A DNA stretch of 64,000 nt from Octopus vulgaris. Taxonomy: Eukaryota. Below, piece after piece: positions 39,992 through 54,917 of the stretch (positions are counted from its first letter, which is position 1; each line of letters begins with the position of its first letter). Both the position numbers and the translations under genes were made by a program. The notes under the pieces were generated by a model. The model had not been told where the DNA came from. It did not search any database and saw nothing but the letters and a program-made list of their open reading frames with translations. The stretch spans positions 2,914,001 through 2,978,000 of the forward strand of contig OX597825.1 in the NCBI GenBank assembly GCA_951406725.2. The letters are read 5' to 3'.

Positions 39992-41917
39992 TTATATATA
40001 TATATATATGTGTGTGTGTATATGTGTGCATGTATATAAATACAAATGTACACATTTGTGTATTTGTTCGTATACATATGTTTTTTTACCTTCACCCATA
40101 TTGTAGCACATCCTTTACGTAATATTGTCTACTAAAAAGTAATCCTTACGTTTTATGTGAACTGTTATACAGGACTGAAGTTGAAAACAGTCACCAGGAG
40201 ATATCGATTTCTATTTACGTCAGTGTCCACCTGTCAACACGTGGGTGTGCTTATGGCCACGCTTTTCACACATTACTTTTACGACATAACGCAATACCTT
40301 TAACTAGGGAACATGGATTGCTGTCAAAATTTGGCACAGAACCGTTTCTACGAACGTAGTTTTTATCAGAAAGAAATATTTTTCCTATCAGCTGCAAAAT
40401 TTCACTCACACTTTGTCATGCAACTTCTGTCACTCACACCTTGATTATCTGGTTCAGTCCCACCAACCTTCACCTGCCGGAACTTTAACTCAATTCCCAG
40501 TGCTGTTGTTCGCTGTGGGAGGCTTCTGTCGGACGAACACTACGGGGTGAGTACAAACCGGCAGCCTTTTTTAGTACTTGAATAGTTCCTGTGCGTTTTC
40601 TAAAATATTCTCCATCTTAATACGGCTGACTAATGGGCGCTTAAAAGATATCACGTCAGAAATCTGAGTTCTGGTTTTGTAAGGTTACATTCGTATATAT
40701 GACACACCTAACTATAATCTCAACCATGGAAATGCTTCGACTGAGCTCATGCTCGTGACTTCCTTTTTACACATAGTAGTGCATTCCTCATCGACTAGGT
40801 GGGGAGGACTTTCACCTCACCACCGTTCAACTAGAGTAGTCCAAGATATAATTTGTTCTCCTGTATTATAGAATACCTGCATTTTTTTTCGCATTCATGC
40901 GCAGATGTCTCTCTTCGTGGCCCTATTTCTGCTCTCCATTTTGATTGCCACCCTATCAGGTCTCCAATATATGAACCATAGGACACCTCTTCTGGTCATT
41001 CTGTTCATCACTCACCTTATCCTATCCACATTGAGTATTCCCCTTGTAGAAAAAAAATGTTCCCTTAATCTAAATGAGGGACATACATGAGTAGAAGGAC
41101 AGTAAATATTTTGTAGTCTTTCTATGCAAATTAGATAGAGAGCAAAGTGGAATAGCAGTGGAAATCATATACTTTCGGAGTAGATGCTCACATGAAAATA
41201 TATTTGGTTTCGTAATATTATGAGACACAGTGGTGATTTCTCATATTCTTGTATAGATCTTGATCTCATCGGAAAAATACTGAAAAATAAAGTTTTCGAG
41301 CTAATTATAACGAATGGTATAAATTTTCTCTAACTGATAATATTCTCAAAGAAATCACAAAATTATGGACAATCATCAAAAATTATAAGCAAAATCGTTT
41401 GGTTAATTATTTACTAATTACGTAATATCGGATGCTTCGTGAATTACAATAATTTATCAGTAGTTTCTCTAGGTCAACGGGTACTTTCGTTAATTACGAT
41501 TACGTACGAGAAACAAATGGTTTCACGCAGACAGCAATTTGTAGGCGCACGTACTAGAACACCCACGTTTTGGTGGGAATAAATATTACTTTTCGGTATT
41601 AATATAACTTCTGTTGCCAATAAATATTTTTAAGAAGCTCATTGGCTAATCGCGACACCAGCGCCTCTTTTGGCACTGTTATTCTATATATTACTGTCGG
41701 GGGGTTAGGTGGATAAGTCGCTGCTATCTCTAACAGTCAAGTATCCGTCACGGAAGGTCGGAATCACGTTATTTAGTGGTCTCGGTGCTGGAAGTGATGG
41801 TGTTATATCTCCCCGATAGCCAAATAAATAAGAGTGCAATTTGCACCAAATCCCATTGAGTGAGTTTCTCTCATGACAGCTACCACGATCTAGTTTTTCT
41901 AACACCTTCTGTCATTA

Positions 41918-42108
<191 letters not shown>

Positions 42109-44719
42109 ATATATAAAGTTTGTGAATAAAGCAGTTATTTTAAATAAATGTAACGCAACTGTTATTGATTTTTATTTCATATCGAAATTATGTTTAAAAT
42201 GGACAGAATACGTGAATACGTGAGAATGTTGCAAAGAATTTGCAAGTCCTCAAAATGCACGATTGAAACTGAATATCTCTAATTCAAAATATACGAATAA
42301 TGCCCTTTTGGGAAATGAGAGAGGAATGCAAATTATGGAGAAGATTATGTTGCAATGCCTGGTTTTCTACCACCAAGTGTAGATAAGGTAGCGAAAATGA
42401 GAACAAGCCTGAAATTCAAAGCAAACTTACGCTCATTGAGCTCCGAAATCGTTATGATGTGTCTTGATTATAGTGTTGTAAATATAATGTTGGTTGGATA
42501 TGTCAATGTTGATTCAAACACTCGGTAATATATTGTGCATCTGGAAACGTACGCATCGGAATGGTTGAGAGAAGCTACCATATATTACATTCATGCACAC
42601 ACAAAAACACACTCGTATATGTATATATATACATATTTAAAATATTCTGCTCTGCTATGTCAAGATATATGGTAGTTCGTTAGAATTCGATATATTTGCA
42701 GCTTTAAATATCTCTCTGGTTGAAAGGATGTAGAAACCAGTTTACATAAATATATTGATTCCGTATGCACCGAAAAACAGCAACAGCTTATAGTGGTCCA
42801 ATGCTATAACGAAGAAGGAAAGAAAGACGTTACTTAACTTATTCATTAGCTTCCGTACATTTCCTGCAAAAGACTTAAATAACGCACGTAATGTCTAATG
42901 CTTTATAACTCAGTTTCTTTAGAGCCAGTGTATAAAATTGTCACATAAAGAATTGCCATAGCTCTACATATCCGTTGCACGAGGTGATGTAATTGCTTAA
43001 GAGAAAGAATACATCTTAAGAGATAAGCACAAACAATAAATAAAAATATAAGTTTTTTTTATCAGAACTGCTAGAATGTGATTGCCATGAACGCGTTAGA
43101 AATGCATCAAATATGATCGGCTGGTCAAACCACAAACTGTGGCAATGATGCCGCATTTCTATAGAGAAGAGTGTCCTAGTCTAGATATATTTGCAACGCA
43201 CCTACACATATGCACCCGAAATCACACACGCATACAGACACACACAAACATATATATATACGTGTTTGCATGTATGTATGTATAATTCTATATACACTTA
43301 TATAATCACACACAGATCTGAAGCAGAGAGAAGAGTAGGCAGAAGGAAGAGGGAAATGGTGATGGGGCTGTCAAGGATGAGGACCACGAACGTTATTCAG
43401 TGAACCCTGATACTGTGTTAGGTGGTCATGCAAGGGAAATGTACCAACGAGTTAATGAATTGCTCGAAATTCAAAGACGACTCACCAAGTTGAAAATCAC
43501 AGGCATGCCAGGATTGCAGGTGGCATAAAACAACTAAAAATCATAGAAAAATAGAAAAGAGGAATCTTGAAAATATCCTTGGCGTCGCTGGTGTTAGAAC
43601 GAAAAATAAATTCTATTGATAATAAAAGTTTGAAAAGGAAAAAAAATAGACTTTATGATTGAAGAACTTGGAGATATTTCTTGAAATTCACAAGAAGAAG
43701 CAGTGATTGAAGAAACAAAAACAGAAGAAAAGTAAAAAGAAAAAAAAACAGATAATAAAAATAGCCGAAAGAATTGATGAAATGTAATTGTATCCTTCAA
43801 TGAAAATTGCAGAAATTATAAAATATAGGTGTATGGCGTTTAATTGTAATCCTTATAGGAATTAGGCATCTCCGAAATTGCATCGTACGTACATCCTGTG
43901 TGACGTGTGTTTGTTGGTGGGACAACAGAATTTGACTTCAAAAATATATTCTATCCTACAGATTGCATTCTCCATTACCGTCTCGTACATATACTAATCA
44001 CACCATTCATTTAAGGAGCAAATTTGCAGAACTAAGAGGAGTATGACATAAAAATCGATATTTAGTATTGTGTAATCTTAAAGAAAGCGATACTCGATCG
44101 CATGGCTTCTAACATACAAATATATTTTTGTATTTAGATATGCATGTTTTCTTGTACCTGCCTCTATATATAAAAAGGAGAAAAGTATTCCATGCGTATA
44201 TTGGAATTAGATATAACACCAATTAGAACTGATATATTTCGCATCGTTATTCCTAACTATGCAGTAATATTTGCGGCAGGAATGAACGTTTTATTTGCAT
44301 CTCGTTATATGGCATTAAAATATGGCAAGTTTGAATATCAAGAGGCTAAAATCTGAAATAAAATATTAATGATATAATATCTGATGTTGTATTTGTATGA
44401 TTAAACTGAAAATGATGGGAGTCAAGTTATTAGGCGACATTTTACGCAGCATAAAGTAAAGCAGAGAAGATGTATGTTGAAAGATGTTAGTTCTAGAAGT
44501 ATTCATGATACAGAGAAAAACACGAATATATACTACATCGTATCGGATCCTCACCCACCCTCTTTTAGAGATGTATCACCTGCGAACTTCCTATCTCTTT
44601 CTCCATGATGACAATGATCAAGATCGAATCGGAGAAGGTTAATAGGCACTTCCAGGCCGGATTACAAAAATTTACAAGGGCGCTGGAACCGTACTATTGT
44701 CGTTCATTGTGATTATCCA

Positions 44720-45678
44720 CACGAGGGTTAGATCACAGGATACTCTTGTAGATCGCACTCGAGAACTTCTGCTGTCTTTCATGCGGAAATAAATTTCGCT
44801 TTAAGAAAACTTTTATCAGTAACGATAGTAGTTCAGTTATTGTGCTGCAGGTAATGTGCTGCAGATGACCCAAGGTCTGGCTGTCCTGTAACTTCCACTT
44901 CTGAAATAAACACTGACTGTGTAAGCCACACACACACACAAAAATACACAAACACACACACAAGCACATGCATCCTCACAATCACACACAAACACTACAC
45001 ACACATACAGTAAGTGTTTGACATTTTTCGGCACCTTTATTCACAGGCTACGAGAGGTATGGAAAGCTGATGTTGCGGCTACGTGTCGAAAAACAAGCAG
45101 CAATCAAGACAATAGAAGCACTGACTGTCACCACCAAAGAAAAAAAAATGCGCGTCAAGTGAAGTCCAGTGTGAAGACGATGCTGATTTGTTTTATCAAT
45201 GAGGAGGGAATTGTTCAAATAGAATTTGCTCTTCTTGGTCAAACTGTTAACCAGACATTTTATTTGGCAGTCCTGAAGCATTTGCGAGACGAAAGAGACC
45301 CAACCGGTGACAATGTTGTGAGGGTTTGTTTCATCACTTCAATGCATCTGCGCCCATGACCTTGAGTTTGAAACACTTTTTTACTTTGCTTACTTCCCCT
45401 CTATTTTCACACGAGTTTGCTCCCTGTGAGAATTTTTGTTCCATGAAATGAACAAAAGTCTTTAAAAGGAAACGTTTTGTTGATGTGGCAGAGGTGAAGA
45501 TAAAACGACGGAGGTTTTAAAAGGCATCATTTCGCAAGATTTCCAGGACTGCTTCGAACAGTGGAAAACGCGTCTGGACCGATGCATTTCTTAAAATGGA
45601 AAATACTTTGAAGGTGATAAACTTATAAAACGAAATGAATAAAATATTGCAAGGTTTCTTTTGAGTGTCCCCTCGAAT
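44720..45678 (+). mobile_element. Mariner transposon, internally deleted and decayed
   Basis: DDPRSGCPVTS (44860s); KKNARQVKSSVKTMLICF...EFALLGQTVNQTFYLAVLKHLR; LKGKRFVDVAEVK...FQDCFEQWKTRLDRCIS*NGKYFEGD. Degenerate TIRs cacgagggtt... and ...tcccctcgaa. Confidence 0.9.
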
Positions 45679-46652
45679 GATGGCTCCTAACAATTACCTC
45701 TTTTGTTGTCATTGAAATGTTAATTCAAACTAATGTTTTGGAATGTGTTTTCAGTATAATCCCATATAATTAATTCGTTGTATGAGGAAAAGCAAATATG
45801 TTATATGATTATGCAAAAGATCTGTTTGATTTTAGATTTGAAGTGAGATATCATCAAGAGAAAAAGCTTTCTTTTATTTATCTCCGGTAGATCGTACTCG
45901 GGAGCCTCTAATACTGACTGTCATATGAAAATAAATTACGATTTAAGAAAATCATAAGTAAACATAGCAGTTCAGTTGTTGCATCGGAAATTATTTCTGT
46001 AAATTCTCTTAGAATTATTTATTATTTCTCTTTCTAAATTTCTCTATCTATATAGCTTTTGTAGACTAGCCAATTTTTCGTACAGCTGAACTTAACACAG
46101 AACCATGGTTGCGCCACATGAAATCACTAACCACACGCCTATAACTACGCTTAAATATCAGATCGACTTTAACATAAGAATTCATTAAAAGAACAAAACA
46201 GAGATTGTGAATTTTACGCTGTTTCATTCGAGTAGCTAGTAGTGTAGATAAAGTAAAAAATACGGCTTTTAAAATCGGTGAGAAGGTTAATGAAAGCCGG
46301 TGCACGTGGAAAAATGGTGGGGAGTGGCGTAATGTTGCTCATTTAATATTTCAATATTGGCGAAGAAGACAATATTCTACTGAGATGAAATTTATAGATT
46401 TACTTTAGATTGAGAAGGATTTCTTAATCTGAAAATCTGAACGAGTAAAACACCGCAATTATGGAAGTCATTTTGTATCCGGTGAAACCATTGATAGCGA
46501 AAATTTAACAACATTCAGTCGGTGCATGAGAAGCCGACGAATAATCTACGCACACATCATCATGCAAGCATTAGCAGACAGATACAAAATCGTAAAAGTC
46601 AAGCAAATATAAATACACATATATAAATACATGCATGGTACACGCATATATT

Positions 46653-46703
<51 letters not shown>

Positions 46704-47115
46704 ACGAGCGCATAAAAATGAATCTTTATACGTATGTATATAAGTATATGTACAACTAAAAGAGAGACACAGAGTCTGCAACAGTCTCAGATGCTGTTAA
46801 TTATGAGTATGTTTACTTGCTTGATTTATCAAGTAGATTGATGAGAATGTGATTTGGTTTAGAGGATTAGTGATTGTAATAATGGGATGTTGGCTATACA
46901 TGAGAGAGGCAGACGAGTCTCTATAACATCTTGTGTCGTTAGACTATTTGCAAGGAAACATACGGCATACGACTGTGCTATCACTAAACTTCTCTTACTA
47001 CATACGCATGCGTGAATTTAAGCAAAGTTTGCATATTTATGAAAACACATTCCTACGCGTCGAAAGAGCGATACGTAACGTATACTATATACAATAACGG
47101 ATACAGATATGTATG

Positions 47116-47195
<80 letters not shown>

Positions 47196-47817
47196 GATAT
47201 ACATATGTATATATGTAGATATGTATACATGCATATATATGCATATATATAAGTATGTGTATATATCTATATCTATATACACCTATGTATATACCTATAA
47301 CTATCTATCATGTATATATATATATATATACAGACATATATGTTTCTGTATGGGTTAGAGATCGGGAAACCAACTAAAGGATAGTACCTATCCAATATAC
47401 TGCTGGTAGTAGAGTACCCAATTATTCATATCCAACTGCTAGTTATTGCATGTCAATCTCGTAATTGTGCATTAGATATGGGCGGGAGCAACACGTGGTT
47501 TACCTTGTGTAATTACGGAAAATATGAAAACGGAGAGGATATAAAATCGACAGACATCAGCCGGTAAAATTCCAGTATGTCTATTTATTTAAATATACTG
47601 GATGAATATACACACATGTATGTGTGGTACAGATTAGCGAGTGGAAAAACATGGCAACTGCATAAAAAAGGGTGTGAATGCATATAAGCATGTAGAAACA
47701 AGTGAACAAATTATGGTATGCGGGTGCTAGAACCAGAACCACGTCATTATTTTCAAAAAAATTCATAACTGTTTTAATACGTAAATATATAAATGCACAT
47801 ACACATACATAGGCACG

Positions 47818-47905
<88 letters not shown>
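47818..47905. repeat. (ATCT)n tetranucleotide microsatellite
   Basis: Directly visible. Confidence 0.97.
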
Positions 47906-47906
<1 letters not shown>

Positions 47907-48218
47907 GAGGTAGTCGACAGATTTCATAGTAGGCATAGTCATAAAAATCAAGATTTATTTAAAGGAATATCATAGGATACTAGATTCTAAGTGGAAGGAA
48001 GAGCAAGAATGTCCTTGTCTATCTCCTTAACGAATTGGAGATTTTAGGCAAGATTTTACTAACGTGTCCATCCGTTTTAATTTAATTAAATTCTATGTCT
48101 TTGTGCAGCTGAGAATTGCTCTACATTTAAATTGATGTAATGGTTGCATTGTTCAATTCGATGTAGTTGCATGAAACGATCGTGCTGCATTACCTCAGGA
48201 TATCCTTGTTGCTTACAT

Positions 48219-48250
<32 letters not shown>

Positions 48251-48253
<3 letters not shown>

Positions 48254-48292
48254 TTGATAGGTGGATAAATAGATAGATAGATAGATAGATAT

Positions 48293-48337
<45 letters not shown>

Positions 48338-48372
48338 GAGATAGATAGACAGATAGATAGATAGATAGATAG
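48251..48372. repeat. (AGAT)n tetranucleotide microsatellite
   Basis: Directly visible; reverse complement of the array at 47818-47905. Confidence 0.95.
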
Positions 48373-49039
48373 GTGCCTATGTATGTGTATGTGCGTTTAT
48401 ATATTTATGTATTAAAACATTTATGAATTGATGAACAATACAATGCAACAATAAAATGTAAATGAGAACTTAAGTCATCTAAATCGTAATGACGCTTGGC
48501 TCTGAATTAAATGATGAAAGCATTCGTAAATGCGAGTGGAGCACACGCACCAGAATCTTTCGAACATAAGTAGCTGAGAAGAAGGTGTTTCTTTTTATTG
48601 AAATGTACTTTTATTTGATTCAAGCTGTGCTGGGCAAAATGTTATATTGTTCCCTATTGGTTCGTATTGGAAAGGAATATAGGTTATTAAAGTAACTTCA
48701 TTTCAAATGAATTATTTATAGCGAATTATGAAGGTGGAATAGGTGCGCAGTAGTTTCTCGCGAAATGATGTGGCTTCGAAACGAAATTTGTATCAGCCCA
48801 GCTGTATCACATGGCTGAGGTAAAAACGCTGCATGCGTGCACTTATCAGCCACTTAGGCTTATGTCACGGGTTCACCTTTTTTCTGTCATACGTGAACAT
48901 ATTAGCTCGCAAAAATTTATTCAAGGAGTTCGGAGATGTTAATTTCACCCGAACATAAATAGCCGTGTAAGCATACACTTTTGTGCATACACAGTCCTTA
49001 TAAACAAGCTCACATATGATGCGTATTGTTTTTGTGCGA

Positions 49040-49510
49040 GTGTATATATATATATATATATGTGTGTGTGTGCGTGTGTGTGGGTGTTTGTGTGCGTGTG
49101 TATGTGTTAGTATATATCTATATGCTTGTATGTGTGTGTGTGTGTATGCATGTGTGTGTTTGTGTGTGTCTGTGTGTATGTGTTGTATATATCTATTCTA
49201 TATGATTGTATATGCGTGCGTGTGTGCACGTGTGCGTGTGTGCACGTGTGCGTGTGTGCACGTGTGCGTGTGTGTGTCTGTGTGTATGTGTTGTACCTAT
49301 CTATATGGTGTATGTGCGTGTGTGTGTGTGTCTGTGTGTGTCTGTGTGTATGTGTTGTATCTATCTATATGCTTGTATGTGCGTGTGTGTGTGTATGTGT
49401 TTCTATATATCTATATGCTTGTATGTGCATGTGTGTGTGCGTGTGTGTGTGTGTGTGTTTGTATCTATATATATGCTCGTATGTGCGTGTGTGCGCGCGC
49501 GTGTGTGTGC
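49040..49510. repeat. Compound (GT)-rich minisatellite
   Basis: Recurrent unit tatatctatatgcttgtatgtg(tg)n. Explains the Cys/Val-rich ORFs at 49016-49569. Confidence 0.9.
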
Positions 49511-50647
49511 AGTCACCTAGGAATCTTGATACACACATAATCATTGAAATATACGGAATGGGAACATAGTAATTGAACTGGATGTTTACATGTGTAATGT
49601 ATAAATTATATAGATAATATGGTAAACTGTATAGGTACAAAAATACTCAATCACAGACATAGGCAAGTTGGGACTCCTGGAGTGAGATGTTGTAATTTAC
49701 TCTCTTATACAATTTGGGGTTTACGATATGAAGTGACTGATGCCAATGTATATTTCCACCTTCTACTCTTGCTTACTGTTCATTGTGAGTGTTGTATAGG
49801 ATTTTCTAGGTGACATATAGAATTGCACTTGTAAAAGAGGTTTCTATTAACACTACGTGGACACCACTCTAAGTTTGAGGATGCAGTTGTAAGGGAAACT
49901 GTGCAAAAGTCTGCATTCTTGTTCGTGTCTGTCTTTTAATATTCAGTCACACCTGAAATTATATGATTCTGCATGTGGACTATGTTAACTGGACAATATT
50001 TCACAGATTATATAACAACATACAAGGTCGTTCACTTATTGTAACCCATCGATTCTCACCTTGAATATTTCTCTTGCTGTTTATAAAGTTTCACCGAAAA
50101 TCAGGCTGTGTTGTCCTCCATGTTGGTCCCTTGTGGGCAATAAAAAAACCCAGTTGTTATCGATTGAATAGCAGATACTTAGTTCACTTTTATTCGTCAT
50201 CATTCAGGCGTTTGCTTTATATTACGGGTTTCATCTGCTAGAGAAGATCATGTTTTTGACGTCCACTAATATTGTCTACGTAAGGGCTACTTCATAAATA
50301 GATTTTGCTGTTAGAAACAAGCTGTAAAGAATACAGATGGAAGTATGGAGCACAGACTCGATAAAAGCGAAAAGTAGAACAATCAAGGAAACATATCTGC
50401 AGAAAAGCCGTTCATTGAGTATAATCATGGACACACACACACAAGCTCTCTCTCACATACACATACACACACATCAAGCGCGCGCGTGTACAGACACACG
50501 TATACACATACACATCATACATGCAATCGAATATGTGTGTGTGTGAATGTATGCACAAGCTCTCCTAGAGCTCAGCAAAATCTAATCCAGTTATAGACTT
50601 AAAAACATTGCATCATGTTGCCAAAATGCGTGATGTGTTTTATATCC

Positions 50648-50679
50648 ATGTCTGACGAAAAATTCTGAAACGGTAACAC
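50648..50679 (+). ncRNA. Minimal type I hammerhead motif
   Basis: tgt-CTGACGA-aaaattct-GAAA-cgg-TA-aca. The core is intact and stem I is tgt/aca, but stem II is very weak. Confidence 0.55.
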
Positions 50680-51036
50680 ACTGCAAGCGGAGATTTAATG
50701 TTACTTCACTTCTCTGTATTTATATCCCATTGGAATCAAGGATACTTTTTATCTTCCAGAATCAATACTAGCAGTAATTCAAATACCAGTAATGCGCTCA
50801 TATTTGATTAAATTGACTGTACACGAGGAATTTGGCGAGCCGCCGTTTCAGACGAAATAAGTATATATGGACATTGCGTAGTATTGATCTACTCACAGTA
50901 ATCCACAAAACACACGTACGCACGCTCGCACGCACGCACGAATGCATACACGCTCACACACACACACACACATACAAACATTCATACTAATTGTTTTGTG
51001 TGTACACATACACACATATATTCCTGCATATATTTC

Positions 51037-51079
<43 letters not shown>

Positions 51080-51152
51080 TAATATGATGTCTGTATATAG
51101 GTGTGCATATGTACATGGGTGTATATATGTACATACGTATATATATATATAA

Positions 51153-51189
<37 letters not shown>

Positions 51190-51364
51190 AGAGAGTTAAA
51201 TATTGGTATGTGTATATATACCGATGTATATAAAAAATGAATATGTTTAATAAATAAATAAATGTACATCTGCATGCTTGAGTATATGTATAAATATGAA
51301 GACTCATGTACTTATTTCTCTCTCTGTTCACTCTCTCGGTGTTTTCTCTCTCTGTCTTTCTCTT

Positions 51365-51401
<37 letters not shown>

Positions 51402-52118
51402 GTGTGTACACATATATATGTACTTATAAATGTATATATATAGGTATATGTATGCGTGCATACATACATATATATACATATGTGTGTGTGTGTGTGTGTA
51501 TGTATATATATATATACATATATATATTTATATATGTATGTATGTACATATATATGTGTGCGTGTGTGTGATCTAACAGAAAACGACTGAGAAAGTAAGT
51601 TTTAGACATAAAGAGTGAGACAGAAATAAGTGAAAAATATAATTTCCATGAAGTAATCATCTATCATATATTCCGAGTGATATTACAACATGCTGCGTAA
51701 TAAAGTGGATAAATATACAAATTTGATTGTATGGACTCGAATATTAGATGGAAGGAGAAAACTAGACACACATACTACAACGGCTGCATATTTACGTTAA
51801 ACATCTTGTATACATACCGCAGCAAGCACACAAATAAATGTCAAAAGGACGGGTAGATAAATTTAATTTAGATAAGAAATATATTTAGAAAAGAATGATA
51901 ACATTATGTATGGACATTATATGTGTATATATATGTATATATGTTAAACATACATGAATCATATACATGTATATATATGTATATATGTTAAACATACATG
52001 AATCATTATACATGTATATATATATATATATATATTTATATTTAAATTTATATATATAAAATATATTTATGTATGTATATATATATATATTTATATATTT
52101 ATACATAAATATATGCAA

Positions 52119-52162
<44 letters not shown>

Positions 52163-52779
52163 TCATATATATATGTGCATATCTATACACTTATTTATAT
52201 ATATAAATTTATGTATATATATATATATATTTATACTCATATGTAATTTCAGTCCTATCAGTTTCAAAATGGCATTAAATATTTTGATAAATTTGGCATC
52301 TTCGCGTTTAGAATATTGGTAATTTAAACACAATGATATAGCAAGAAAATGGTGGTTATATAACGTGTATATTCTTTAAGACATAAATACAGAAATGATA
52401 TGAATGTTGGATATAAAACTGATATATACCCAAAGCGGATTTAAATTGCTCTTATGATTATTTTTGGTATCGTTATTCTTATGCCATTTTTTACTTTTAA
52501 TATGTTAAACGCGTTACATTATTTGGGATTATTTTTTAACCTTGTGTGATTTGATACTTATTTTATTTTACCAGTGAGTATTTCCGCTTTCGTATTGACT
52601 CGTCTTTTTGTTTCGCTAAATATACTGGAAATCAAGTAACATATACTTAAAAACAAACAAAATGAACCCACTTGAAACTGACGTCTGGATTGCCTACGTC
52701 TAAATATGGAATGACTTTCTTTTAGGAACGTGAAGTGTTTGCTTATAGGTTTACTATATTTTACTATCTTTTACTATTG

Positions 52780-54180
52780 TTGGGAAACAAGCAAAATATC
52801 GATATGTACAATTTTTAATGTTCCTTTCATCGAAAAGTGCTCTCTGGCGCGGATAGTTTGGTTTCAGGCAGCTGGATCTACCATGGGCATAGATAAAGGA
52901 GCCCTATACATCTGTTAGAAAGTATGTTGTCAAAGATAGAATATCTATGAATATTTTAGCAATTAAACAGAGATTTCAGCTAATACAAGGAACGTAGCGA
53001 AGAGTGTATATATTAGGAAGATATTTTTGACATACTTTTTAATAGAGATCTCCACAACGATTAACAATGTTTAGAGAGTAATAATAAACAGGATTACGTT
53101 TGCAAATATACTTTTGTATACAATATATTTGAAACAACATGCGAAAACGTGGTTCCTTCATACAATTTAGTTCCTTTGACTGTCGACCTTGGGGACAACG
53201 GAATAGTTTTGATGCTAACTTGTCTTATGAGGTGACGCATAAACCCTTGTCCATTGATAGATTAGTGACACAATTACCATACAAGGATATGTAGTAATTA
53301 ATAACTTTAAATTTGTCAAATGGTCATCATAAACGAAGAAAATGTCTCAAAGATATCATTTGCGTAGTAATTAGCCAAAATCTATTTTTAGTACGATGAC
53401 CTATGAGTATTTCCGTGATTTCATCGCAAGTGTTGTTCAGCATATAAGATGCCGTGGCGTGACAGAACAGAACACGTTTACGTGTATAGTCTTGTATCTA
53501 AGATACCATGAAAGCCAAACATGAAAGCAGGCTACCGCTATTTTCATTACAATTTTGACAGCAATGCATTTGACCAGCAACGCCAAGAAATGAATAAATA
53601 GATGGTAATAGCTTCTGGAAAGTCTGTTTAACCATAGAATCAATTTGTTTTTGGTTCCATACATATTGTGCCATAATATGAATAGCGTAATCACTGCTAT
53701 GTTTCTTTATTTAATTTCAATTCAAATGTACGACATTGTGATGATATAAAAGAAAACAAAAACGCTACGAAGAGAAAGTATAAGCATTTTTACATCATGA
53801 ACAAAATATCTGAATCATTTGGAAGAATTGCTGGCAACAATTTCAAAGAGGAGATAAAAGAAATACACACAAACCAATTCTTATAGTATTACAAAGAGAA
53901 ATGATATTCTCCAAGCAAACACTTGAAGAAAATGGTGACAAAGGAAATTTAAAGAGTGAAACACGTCTCAGAAAATAATTGTAATTATAACATGTTTGAA
54001 GCAATATTCCTAAATGTGATGTGGTGACACTAAACCAGATAAGTGGACGGATACAAATTTGTGATGCAATGACTGGGAATATCATTATACTACCAAAGCC
54101 AGCAATAATTTGTGAAAATTTCATTCTAAGAAGCAGAAAATCTAAAAAGTGAAATTAAAAGTAAGAAAGAGACCCATTCA
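52780..54180 (+). mobile_element. Very old Penelope-like RT/linker remnant
   Basis: Scattered, correctly ordered motif echoes: GSTMGIDKGA (cf. VTMGSxDGA), TLNLSNG (cf. LDVTLNLxxG) and SPSKHLKKM (cf. FPxxHxLxKI). Many stops and frameshifts. Confidence 0.35.
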
Positions 54181-54217
54181 TTAATAATAGAGCGAATGTA
54201 GCAAATTTGAATGAATG

Positions 54218-54257
<40 letters not shown>

Positions 54258-54487
54258 AGAAAGAAAGATAGAGAGAGAGAGAGAGTTTATGAGAGGTAAT
54301 GGTATCAATAAGACCCAAAGGTGTCAGGTAATGCTGAGTACGTGCTATGGGTAGACTATAGTTAACCTCCAAGTTCAGAATGGGGAGTCCAACGTTGGTC
54401 ATATATCAACATGTGTATATATAAAAAAATTCAGAATGGGATAAAAATCCAAGGCTGTTAAAGATTTTAGAACGCTTATAAATAGAA

Positions 54488-54535
54488 GGTATTACAGCTG
54501 TTTCCGGGATAATTGTATATCCCTTCATTGGCGAC
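54488..54535 (-). ncRNA. Hammerhead motif (CCAATGA core variant)
   Basis: Minus strand reads CCAATGA-agggata-tacaat-tatcccg-GAAA-cagctg-TA, with a 6-bp stem II and a palindromic stem III as in PLE hammerheads. Confidence 0.6.
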
Positions 54536-54857
54536 GGTGTGAGAAAATGGTTCAGCAATAGTTATTCTAGATAAGATATGAAGTAGAGGGTGAAGTGGAG
54601 GAATGAAAATAGACGTGCGATATGCAGAGATATTGCATCCGTAGATTCATTATTTAGGCAGAATGGTATAAATATAAGATTCCAATACTTTGTGAGTAAG
54701 TTCCAATAGTATTTAAAATTGGTCATTCCAAGTATAGAGTTTGTACACGGTATTATTGAATGGAGTTTATTTAAAGTGGCTTAAAAGCTGGGAATGTAAT
54801 GTCAAATCGAAAACAGGAAGAGAAGAATATATATATATATATATATACACATATATA

Positions 54858-54917
<60 letters not shown>

